From positions 2,852,001-2,916,000 of the forward strand of contig OZ218954.1 of the NCBI GenBank assembly GCA_965112735.1: DNA of 64,000 nucleotides, written 5' to 3'. This document shows positions 1-10,245 of the stretch, piece by piece (within the stretch, counting starts at the first letter, position 1; each line of letters opens with the position of its first letter). The notes beneath the pieces were generated by a model. That model was given only the letters and a program-made list of their open reading frames with translations, did not search any database and was not told the DNA's origin. Both the position numbers and the translations under genes were made by a program. Origin of the DNA: Phaeosaccion multiseriatum. Lineage: Eukaryota > Protista > Ochrophyta, other classes.

Positions 1-200
1 CCCACCTCCCACTCCTCCCTCCGCCCTGCCCTGTGCGGCCGTCCCCGTCCCTCCCCGCTGCGGTGCCCCTCTCTTCTCCTCCCATCGCCCTCTTGCTCCC
101 TCCGCCCCCCCCGTCGGAGCTGACTGAAGGTCTATTTCCCCATCTACTTGTCCTGGGTTTGCTCGCTCCTGCAGCCTGCTGCTGCTGCCCTTGCCGGTAA

Positions 201-231
<31 letters not shown>

Positions 232-3200
232 GATGGTGAGGCGGTTTCATCTGTTGGTGCCTCTGCTGCTGGCGCTGCTGCTGCTGACCGCTCTTGAGCT
301 TGAGGCCTTTTGTATTGCTTCGATACGAGGCCCACTGCTTGGACATGCTTTGACTGAAGTCCACCTTGATTCGTCTGCGATGGTTGGGGTGGGACGAAGG
401 GACGAAGGCGGGCAAGGCGGGCGGCGTAAGCAAGCAGAGCGCCGGCAGCAGAGAGGGAGCACAACGATCAAGATGAGTGAATATGTCGGACGAGCAACAC
501 GCAAGCGAGCACGCACACGCACACAGACGGGCCTAGCTATCATGCGTTGCTCATTTCCTTGAAGGCCTCCTCACACGCGCACACGTACGCACGTACACAC
601 ACACACACGCGCACGCACACGCACGCACGCACACACACACACACGCACCAACTCGTACACACGCACGCACCCACACGTATACAAGAAACGCACGCACACA
701 CATCCACAAAGAGACACGTACCTGTCGTCGATGAGTACGTTGTTCATCTTCCTGTAAGCCTCTTCGCACGCCTCCACTGTTTCGAACTCAACGAAACCGT
801 AGTTCAGGCTGGTAAGGGAGGGAGGGAGGGAGGGAGAGAGGGAGGAATTGAGGGAGTGTGTGGGTGCATGAGGGGGTGAGTGAGTGAGTGAGTGAGTGAG
901 TGGGTTCGTGAGTGAGTGAGTGAAGGAGGCGGGGGGGGGGGTGAGTATGTGGCTGATTATATGTGCGCCCCCCCCCTGGCTGACCTGTCGCCCGTGATGT
1001 GGTCTCTGCAGAGCTCAGCTTTGCATGGCCCGAAGCGAGAGAAAATGATCTGTATCCACCGACCGGAAAGAGCGCAAGGGAGAGGGAGTAAGAGAGTGTG
1101 GCAAGCAGAAGGAGGGGCAGGAGGGAAGGGTTGACCGGATAGCGGGCAGAGGGTAGAGTGGAAAAGAGGAGGGGGTGCGAATGGGATGGATGATTGGTCT
1201 CTCGCACAACCAACCGTACAGACACAGACACACGCGCTCCAATCGTTCAGCTCCCTATCTCCCTCCCTCCCTCTGTCCCCTGTATCACCAACTGCCCACC
1301 CTTACCTCTAGATCGTCATCGGTTGTGACGGGATTGATCTTACAAATGAAAAGAACGTTCTCCGGGGGGGCCATGTCAGCGTCGGGTACATCTCCGATCA
1401 TCTCCAGGACAGCAGCGTGGCTCTTCGCCTCCTTCTCACGGATTGACTTCTCGAGCTCCGCGGAGGACTTGGCGTCTCCCTCTCCGATCTTGTGTGGGGG
1501 GAAGGAGGGGAGGGGAGGGAGGGAGGGAGGAAGGGAGGGGGGAGAGGGAGGAATGGAAGGAGGGAGGGAGGAAGGGAGGGGGGGGATTCATCAGCAGCGC
1601 CCCCACTTCAATAGAGGAGGGGGGGGGGGGGGGGGTCGGAGGAGTGCGTGCGAGCGTGAATGGCAGTAGATGGCAATAGATGGCCGCCGAGAGCAGATTG
1701 CAGAGCAGATAGCACACCGTACCTTCTCGTGCACGCCGATTCGGGGAGGAAGTTTCTCCTCTTCGGGTTTGTCTCGAGTGGGGGAGGCTTTTGAAGCGAC
1801 AAAAGCAAAGGCGATGCAAGGCCGAGTGGAGGGGAGGGGAGAAAGGCAGAGGAAAGGGGGGGAGAGGAGGAAGAGGAGGAGGAGGAGGAGGAGGAGGCGG
1901 AGGAGGAGGAGGAGGAGGAGGAGGAGGAGGAGGAGGGAAGGGGAGGCGGCCCATCAGATGAGAGTGGCGTCGCTACACATCACCCAGCGCCTCGAGGACA
2001 AAGAGTACATGAGAGCTGATGGGTCGGGCTGTGGTACCCCTTGGCAGCCGGGCTGTGGTGAGCAGTGCTCTCGACCTCTCTCTCTGTGTCCCTTTCTCGC
2101 CCTCTTTCTCCCTTCTCCCTCCCTCCCTCTGCGCCCCTTTCTCGCCCTCCCCCCCCCCTCCTCCCCCCCCTCCTCCTCCTCCTCCTCCTCCTCCTCCTCT
2201 ACAGTCCCACACTCCCGTCCTTTCCCTCCCCACCTCACTCACCTGGAGGAATCACGAGTTGGCTGGGGTTGTCGTATGGGTCATCAAGCACGTGGGTGTG
2301 CAGGATGCGGATGTCTCTGAAAGGCCGACCGTCATCGTCTGTGTGAAAGAACGGAGAGGGCAGGAGCGTGTGTGTGTGTGTGTGTGGAGGGAGGGAGGAG
2401 ACAGGGGAAGGAGTGAGCTCGGCAGTCAAGTTAGGAAGGAGTGAGCTCGGCAGTCAAGTTAGGAAGGAGTGAGCTCGGCAGTCAAGTTAGGAAGGAGTTG
2501 TCACGCTCACGCTCCGCTGTGTTCTTCTGTCCGTTCCCCTTTTTAATTCCACTGAAACGAAAACTGAAAGCCGGCCAGCAGCGCAGCGGGCTCTAACTCA
2601 CCCACGAACTGCTCCTCGATCTTCTGCAGCACATCGAAGCCCTCCTCCACCTTTCCGAAGATTGTGTGCTGCGGGAAAGTGTGGGGGCAGCAGCAGTTTG
2701 GTATTGCAGTAGACGAGGAACAAGGCGGTTGTGAAGGAGCTAGAGGTCAGCCTTACGAAGAGGATGGGCGAGCAGGAGACACCCCATGGCAATTGGACGC
2801 TTTGTCTTTCCGAAGCTTACCTTTCCATCCAAATGCTCTAGATTATCATCACGGAGCGTGAAGAAGAACTGAGGGGGTAGAGAGGGGAGAGAGAAGAGGG
2901 AGCGGGTGGGAGTTCAGAGAGGGCCGCCTTACTGTTCTCCCTCCCTCCCCGCCCCGCCCCTTTCTCTCTCTATCGCTCTCTCTCTCTCTCGAGGAAATAG
3001 TTTGCCACCCTCCTCCCCGGCCGGAGCAGAGACGAAGGCGGGCCCCACGCAACCCGCATCACACGCACCTGACACTTGTTGCTGTTAGGCACGCCCATGT
3101 TCGCCATACACAGGAGGCCTTTTTCGTTGTGCTTCCTCGTCGGGATGATCTGAAAGGCCGGTGGGAGACAGAGGCATAGAAACGAAGTGCGTGGCTCAAA

Positions 3201-3542
3201 CCTCGAACAGCAGCAGCAGCAAAATTCCTCCCACCCTTCCCTGAATGGACCATCAGCACCTCCCCCTCTTGTCTCTCTGTGTATGCACAAAAGACGCACC
3301 TCGTCAGCAAAGAGCGTTGCCTGCTCCCCGTACATCATGCCGTAAACACTCGTACCGCCCTTCCCCGTGCCCGTAGGGTCACCTGTCTGGATCATAAACC
3401 CCTCCTGCACGTTGAAAAAGAGGCATCCGTGGTAGTACTTGATTGTGCACAGTTTGAGAAAGTTCTTGCAAGCCAGGGGGGCCTCGTCGGTGAGGAGATC
3501 TACGACCACCTCGCCCAGCGAAGTCTCGATTAGAACCGACAT
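1..3542 (-). CDS. PPIL4: Cyclophilin-RRM peptidyl-prolyl isomerase (PPIL4/Cyp59/Rct1 type), multi-exon, 3' end beyond window
   Basis: ATG 3542. Spliced exons give [121 protein letters not shown], then a Q/G/R-rich tail open to base 1. Confidence 0.93.
2406..2498. repeat. 28-bp tandem repeat (GGAAGGAGTGAGCTCGGCAGTCAAGTTA, ~3.3 copies) in a PPIL4 intron
   Basis: Directly visible. Confidence 0.9.
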
Positions 3543-3664
3543 ATATATCTCCCCCTTGGCCTCCAACAAGCCAACCAAGTAAAGCGACTGATGATCCAGC
3601 GGGGTTCACAGATGGACGAGAGAGGCCCCTTTGGCCCTGAGATCTGCAGCGGCGGGGCGAAGCA

Positions 3665-4445
3665 ATGAAGACCTATGCGCAGTGCACAGCAGAGAGACGG
3701 GAAAATGCGCAGGTGAGCAGGAGACTTTGCCTTGTGGGCTGCGGTGCGCAAAAGGAACGGCCCAGTACAGCCCTCAAAGGAGGACTGACTCCAATCCTCC
3801 TTTGTCCACATACAGTCTCATCCCCCCCCCCCTTCTTCTCCATGCAGGTGCCCTGCTCTTCTCTGCAGAATCTGAGGGTGAGAGGGGGGAGAGGAAATTG
3901 ATGCTCATGCTTTTCCACGCAGGGAGTGTGGCAGTCGTCAGTCCTTGGTCTGTGCCACTGCTCAATCCAACTACTACCCGAACTATCCCCGTCTGTGTGT
4001 GCTTGTCTGCTAATGCCCCCCGCGTCCTTCAGCACTGGGAGAAGCTGTACACAACCAAGTTCGGTTTTGCGTTTGTTCGCTGTCGGAGAGACGGAGAGCC
4101 ACCGGAAGAGACTCTCCGCATCCTCAAAAGCAGATACCTCAATGCGAGGTACGTGTCAAGTACCCACACACAAGCGGTGTCATACAGCATCGAAGCCCGT
4201 GCCTTGACAGACCCGACTGTTCCCCGACTGCCCCTGGCCATTCACTCTAAGTCGTGCCGAGTTCTCTTCCTGTGGACCTCTCCGCCCCTCAACTCACATG
4301 TGCCGCATTGTTTGGTACCACACATCCCTCCCTCCCTCCCTCCCTCCCTCCCTCCCTGTTACGCAGAGCAACCGAGGTGGCAGTGTCCAACGAGGAGAAG
4401 CGTCGCCTCTCTGCAGCGGCCACTCACCCCCCCTCCCGCCTGTGA
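3665..4445 (+). CDS. Short (90 aa) OHCU decarboxylase-like protein, C-terminal half only
   Basis: In-phase GT-AG exons 3665-3712, 3848-3877, 4033-4148, 4367-4445 give ..LQNLRHWEKLYTTKFGFAFVRC..EETLRILKSRYLNARATEVAVSNEEKRRL. This resembles the family pattern YxxKFGFxF..L..R..N...E. Confidence 0.55.
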
Positions 4446-5453
4446 GCTTGCGTGGAGCGTCGATATTCAGACCCCCCCCTTGACGACGCAGCTTGACCCT
4501 GATCCTTGGCACCAGGGGAGGGGGCGGCTTTGACCTGCAGCATCACCGGACCTTTTAGAGCCTGGGGAAGCAGGTCACTCGCTGGGTGCAGGCAGCGACG
4601 AAGGCAGCAAACAGGAAGGGGGCGAAAGGAAGGGAATGCGGATATGTTTTCTATGAAGGAGGGTAAGCGGCGGGGCGGGGGCAACACTGAGCACTACCAC
4701 CAGCAGCAGCACCAGCAGTAGTAGCACCACGACCACCAGTAGCAGGAAGGCTTGGAGTGCTGTGCGAAAGCCGATACTTACTGTTGTGCCTCCTGTGCTC
4801 CAAAGGAACGAAACGCGGCTGCCCCGGGCTTTGGTCCGTGGAGTGCGTAAAGAGGGGGTCATCAGCGAGGGCTACAGATCCGTGGACAGATCTGTGGACA
4901 GGCCTGGACCGTTGAGTGGACCGTTGAGTGGGGTGGGGAGTCTTGGATGTTGGAAGACACACGTTGTCACCTTTCAAACCCTGTCGAAGTCTAATCACTG
5001 GCCACGGGGGGGGGCATTGTGAGTCAAAGCCGTGCGATACACAGCTGCTGCCCCTGGGGTGGAGTGAAACAGAGTGCGTGGAGCTTGAAGCTGCTGCCAG
5101 GAATTGTGTGTTCGAAAGCGCCGAGCTCTGTTCCGTGGGGAGCAGTTTTCAAGTGGAGCGGTCGGTCCATCTCCAAAGGCTTCAAAGAAAGACACTTGCT
5201 GAGCAGCCGAGCAATAACAAGAAGAGGCAACGAGAGACTTTGACTTTTCATGTGCCTGCGATGTTTTGGTGTCTTGTGCCTGTGCGTGTGGAACCACTTC
5301 ACTTGAGCGACAGCCGTGAGGGAGGGAGGGAGGCGCGGGGCTGGATGATGACGTCGACATTCACACGCTTGCCTTGCTTGCCTGGACGGCTGTACGGCTG
5401 TTGTCGGATGAGGCTGAGAACGAACGAAGGGCTCTATTCGAGTGGAGGGCTTG

Positions 5454-5630
5454 CACGAGACAAGGTCATCATGTCCATCACGAGACAAGGTCATCATGTC
5501 CATCACGAGAAAAGGTCATCATGTCCATCACGAGACAAGGTCATCATGTCCATCACGAGACAAGGTCATCATGTCCATCACGAGACAAGGTCATCATGTC
5601 CAGCACGAGACAAGGTCATCATGTCCATCA
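5454..5630. repeat. 25-bp minisatellite CACGAGACAAGGTCATCATGTCCAT x7
   Basis: Seven near-identical units are visible. Confidence 0.95.
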
Positions 5631-6003
5631 ATGTGTCGGGGGATGAGTGTGTGTGATTCACCTCCAGAGTCAAGGGAGGTCACGCTGCTGTCAAGCGTCA
5701 AGTCTCAGGGGATGGGAGGGGAGGGAGGGAGTGAGTGAGTGAGGGAGGCGGACAGGACCAGTACTCAGGAGGGGAGAGGAGAGGAGAGCACAGATATGGA
5801 TAGCATAGCAGCCATATGAGAGAGGCACCACTTCCGAGGCGGCGCGGGCCTTTAGCCCCCCCACCCCCCACCTCCCCTTTGTTTCTTTGGTAAAAACAAA
5901 GCCATGCAAATATATTATATTGAATGAATGTAAAGCATTAACGGCCCAAAATATAATATTAGCTGTTGATTTCCAAAATATAATAAAAAATAAGGGCGAT
6001 CCT

Positions 6004-6146
6004 CTCGTAAGATGGACAAAGTGGACTGACTCACGGGTCTGCTTTGCTCTAAAGTGGAAGGGGATTTATTCTAAAGCATAAAAAAAGCAGACCCGTGAGT
6101 CAGTCCACTTTAGACCCATCTGTCCACTTTGTGTCCATCTTACGAG
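6004..6146. mobile_element. Small MITE-like inverted-repeat element
   Basis: CTCGTAAGATGGACA (6004) pairs with TGTCCATCTTACGAG (6132-6146). A perfect 28-bp inner pair AAAGTGGACTGACTCACGGGTCTGCTTT pairs with 6084-6111. Context is AT-rich; no clear TSD. Confidence 0.6.
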
Positions 6147-6269
6147 TCGACATTCGCGTGCTGTCTCCCCCGTTGGACCCTCTTTGCCATTCTTGTGTGT
6201 ACTGCAGGAGTGAGTAAGTGATGCCGCTCGCCGCAATTCAAGACGGTCACCCCTCCCCTCCCATCCCCT

Positions 6270-6771
6270 CCCCTCCCCTCACATACATGGAGTGACAGAA
6301 ATGTATGCAGCAGCAAGTGTCCACAAGGACGGTGCTGCCTCTGCCATTCTTCCCCTTCGATCCCCTTCCCTCCCCTCACATACTTGGAGTGACAGAGATG
6401 TATGCCGCAGCAAGTGTCCACAAGGACAGTGCTGCCTCTGCCACGCTTCCCCTTCGATCCCCTTCGATCCCCTTCCCTCCCCTCACATACATGGAGTGAC
6501 AGAGATGTATGCCGCAGCAAGTGTCCACAAGGACAGTGCTGCCTCTGCCACTCTTCTTCCTTCGATCCCCTTCCCTCCCCTCACATACATGGAGTGACAG
6601 ATAATGTATGCCGCAGCAAGTGTCCACAAGGACAGTGCTGCCTCTGCCACTCTTCTTCCTTCGATCCCCTCCCCTCCCCTCACATACATCGATTGACAGA
6701 AATGTATGCCGCAGCACTGTCCTTGTGGACACTCGCTGCGGCATACATTTCTGTCACTCTCCCCATACTTC
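6270..6771. repeat. ~100-bp tandem repeat x5 with an internal hairpin; terminal unit folded back
   Basis: Unit: CCTCCCCTCACATACATGGAGTGACAGARATGTATGCCGCAGCAAGTGTCCACAAGGACAGTGCTGCCTCTGCCA.. Confidence 0.9.
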
Positions 6772-6772
6772 T

Positions 6773-6775
<3 letters not shown>

Positions 6776-6816
<41 letters not shown>

Positions 6817-7325
6817 CTGAACGGACATATGGTCAGGGAGACAGGTGGGCGGGTCCGAGTTCGGCGGCTCCGGTCTCCCCCCCCGGGCGAGAAGGAGCTC
6901 GACGTCCCGGGGGGGGCGCGCAGCGCCGCCGACTTTGCTTGGAGTTATGGTCAAGCAACACCACTCAACTTTGGCGTAAGGAAGTAAGTAAGGACGTAGC
7001 TTGGGGTTAATATTGTTCGTAAGGAAGAAGTATGGGGAGAGTGACAGAAATGTATATACATACATACATTTCTGTCACTCTCCCCATACTTCTTCCTTAC
7101 GAACAATATTAACCTCAAGCTACGTCCTTACTTACTTCCTTACGCAAAGTTGAGGGGTGTTGCTTGACCATAACTCAAAGCAAAGTCGGCGCTGCCCGTC
7201 CCCCCCGGGACGTCGAGCTCCTTCTCGCCCGGGGGGGGAGACCGGAGCCGCCGCACTCCGACCCGCCCACCTGTCTCCCTGACCATCTGTCCGTTCAGGG
7301 GTGTGTGTGTGTGTGTGTGTGTGTG
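6776..7325. repeat. ~550-bp near-perfect palindrome (foldback)
   Basis: 6814-7055 is the reverse complement of 7064-7301 with few mismatches and an 8-bp spacer; (CA)n on the left and (TG)n on the right extend the arms. Confidence 0.95.
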
Positions 7326-7457
7326 CGTGGATCCTGCTGCCCCGTGTGCCGTTCTCTGCGGCTGCTGCTACTCCCCCTCCCCCTGCCTGTTAGACGTCTA
7401 GCGAACAATACCAGAGCCTTGAGAGCCAAGGTGAGGAGAAGCAGGAGGGGCAGGGGC

Positions 7458-8701
7458 TTAGCACACTCCGTGTAAGGGATACACGTCCAGCCCTTGTCGG
7501 TGTTGCTGCTGCTGCTGCTGCTGCTGCTGTTGCTGCTGTTGCTGCGGTGGCTGTATCACCAACTGGTGCGGCGCCTGCTGCTGGTGTGCCACCAGTTGCT
7601 GCTCCCACCGCTCCCGCTGCTCCCGCTGCTGCTGCTGCTCCCGGTGCTCCCGCTGCTGCTGCTGCTGTGCCAACAGTTGCTGCTCCCGCCGCCGCTGCTG
7701 TTGTGCCAACAGTTGCTGCTCCCGCTGCTCCCGCTGCTGCTGCTGCTCCCGCTGCTGCTGTGCCAACAGTTGCTGCTCCCGCCGCCGCTGCTGTTGTTGT
7801 TGTTGTTGTTGTTGTTGCTGCTGCTGCTTCTCGTGCTGCTGCCCCCCCGGATAAATGGCCGGGACAAGAGCGAAGTTGACCCTGTTGAGCTGATCCTTGG
7901 GGAGGATGTGCTCCGGGTTACCCACTTGATGCAAATAAGAGCACGTGCCATTGTGGCAGCGCTTCTTCCTCAGGAAGTCACGACAGTACTTCGTCGTGCC
8001 CAAGGTTGCGGTTAGAGGACGCTCCCCTTCCCGCATAACGAGGTTGTCCACTGCTTGGATGCTAAAAAGTACATCAGTGGTAAAGTACGTCAATATTTAG
8101 AAGGAAGAAGAAAGAACAAACAGAAGGGAGGAACAAAAAAATCAGCGACGGAGCAATGGACATCCTGCTGCTTACGCTCCCTCCTCCTCCTCCTCCTCCT
8201 CCTCATCTCCCCCCCCCCCCCCTCTCCCTGTAATTCAGCCTCCCCCTACCCCTCCAATCCCTCTTCACGTACCAGTCGTGAGCTTCCTGCGGCGAAGTGT
8301 ACGTGATATACACACTCGCGCTGCCGTAGCGCTCGTCAATGCCGGGCCGCACTACGTGGAGCGTGACTGAAAAAGTCACGATGGTACCAAATTGTGCGAA
8401 ATACCTGCCGATATCTGCGCGGGTCATGTCGGCGGGCATGCCCATCACGTACACCAGCTGAGGCTGGACTTCCCGCAGCGATTCCAGATAGTTCATAGCC
8501 TCGAGGGAGAGCTCCTGTTCGTCTTGCCCCCCCCCCGGCTGGTTCAGGTATTGCAGCGCAGCCTGGTGGAGCCGGTTCACGGGCTGCTGCTGTTGCTGCT
8601 GCTGCTGCTGCCTCACCTGCTGCTGCCACGCCCCATCGTTGCGTTGGTGGTGAGCCCCTGCTCTTCCCCCCTCCCCGCCTCGCACCGCGGCTATCTGCCT
8701 C

Positions 8702-8769
<68 letters not shown>

Positions 8770-8847
8770 CGCCCCATCGTTGTGTGGGGGGGGAGCGCCA
8801 CCTGCTCGCCCCCCCTCCCTGCCTGGCACCTCGGCTGCTGAGGCCAT
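7458..8847 (-). CDS. CNOT4/Not4-like RRM + CCCH zinc finger protein with polyQ; no RING seen
   Basis: Exons 8847-8273 and 8061-7458: LREVQPQLVYVMGMP..YFAQFGTI..SVYITY..EAHDC/IQAVD..LTATLGTTKYCRDFLRKKRCHNGTCSYLHQVG matches the Not4 RRM-GTTKYC signature. Confidence 0.8.
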
Positions 8848-9680
8848 GTTCCATGCCCCGTGGCCAAGCTGTATATCAAACGTGAAGTTTGTGCCAAGCT
8901 GCGTTCAGCTTGAATAAGATACTACGTAAGTACTTGAGACTCCTCCTCGGGGAAGAGGACTGGAAGGTGTGAGCCGGACAGAGCTATACTCTGTGCAGCC
9001 TCGAGAGTCATGACTGTTGCTTGCCGACTTGCCACTTACCATTGCCGGGCACAGTTGAGTTTCCAGGTAGGAAGCATGCTGCTGTTGCCTACGGTGGGTG
9101 GCGCCAATGGTGCGTTGGAAGGTGAAGGCGCCCACGCCCACACTCGTCCACGCCCACACTCATCATCTCTAACTTCGTCTTTGCTGCTGCGGCTTCCTGC
9201 CTGAGTGGAACTGCTGCAGCAGCTGGCTCTGGCCCACGCCCCATCATCCTTGTTCCTTTCCTTCTCTTCATTACAAGGCAACGCAGAGGGGGGGACAATG
9301 AGAATGGAAGGGCTGCCGTTTGGTTATGATTTTGGCCGTTTGGCCATTTTTGTGTGCGTTGGTCATAAGCCAGCAAATTACGTAATTGGCTTACGTAGGG
9401 GTTTAAACAGTATGGGGAAAAAATACGATACATAAGCGTATGCTCATTGGGAGAGAAATGGATTATTGTCCCGGGCACGGATTCTCTCCTCCTCGCCTGT
9501 AGAAAGCCCTGGAGTGCGCAAGAAATCAAGAAAGAGAGCTGCCGCTGCTGTGTGGCTGCCGCTGCTGATGCTGTTGCTCCCAACTGCTGTCTGTCTGTCT
9601 GTACATTACGAATGGAGCCATCAAAGCTACAATCAAAAGCCCCCCCCCCCCCCCCCCGCCTCACTCCCAATGCTCTACTA

Positions 9681-9811
9681 CTATCTCTTCTTCCCCTTGC
9701 CTCCCCTTCCCCCCCTACCCCCTCCCTTTCCTCCCTTGGCTCTATTGGCAGGCTCCTTGGGCACGTAAGTAAACTCCCTCACCACCTCTGTCCCACCCCC
9801 AAAGCCGTGGC

Positions 9812-9843
<32 letters not shown>

Positions 9844-10212
9844 CCGCCACCCCCCTCCCCTCCTCCTCCCTTACGCCGAATGATGGTGCGGGTCTCCGTC
9901 ACCTGCCGCTTGTCTGCCTCCGCAGCTGCCACGCGCTCACTCAGCGGAATGTTCTTTTCATTCCTTCGCTGATTCTGCGCCGAGCGGCTCATGGGCTGCG
10001 TGAGCATCGCCACGTTGCTTGCGTTGGTCTGTGTAGCGCTAATCTCAAAGAACTTAGTGGTCGAGGGGGGCGCGGAAGGGGGGGCCTTTCTCCTTGTCTT
10101 TCCGCCTGCTGCGGCTGTGGCTGCTGCTGCCGCCGCTCGGCCCCATTGGTCGCCCTTCTGTTTCTTTAGCCTTTGTCGCTCTTTGCGCGTCTGCTTCTTC
10201 GCGTGATCATTG

Positions 10213-10245
<33 letters not shown>

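Noticed and set aside
5454-6771. Possible CRISPR-like arrays
   Set aside because: Contiguous tandem units without unique spacers, no cas genes, eukaryotic context.
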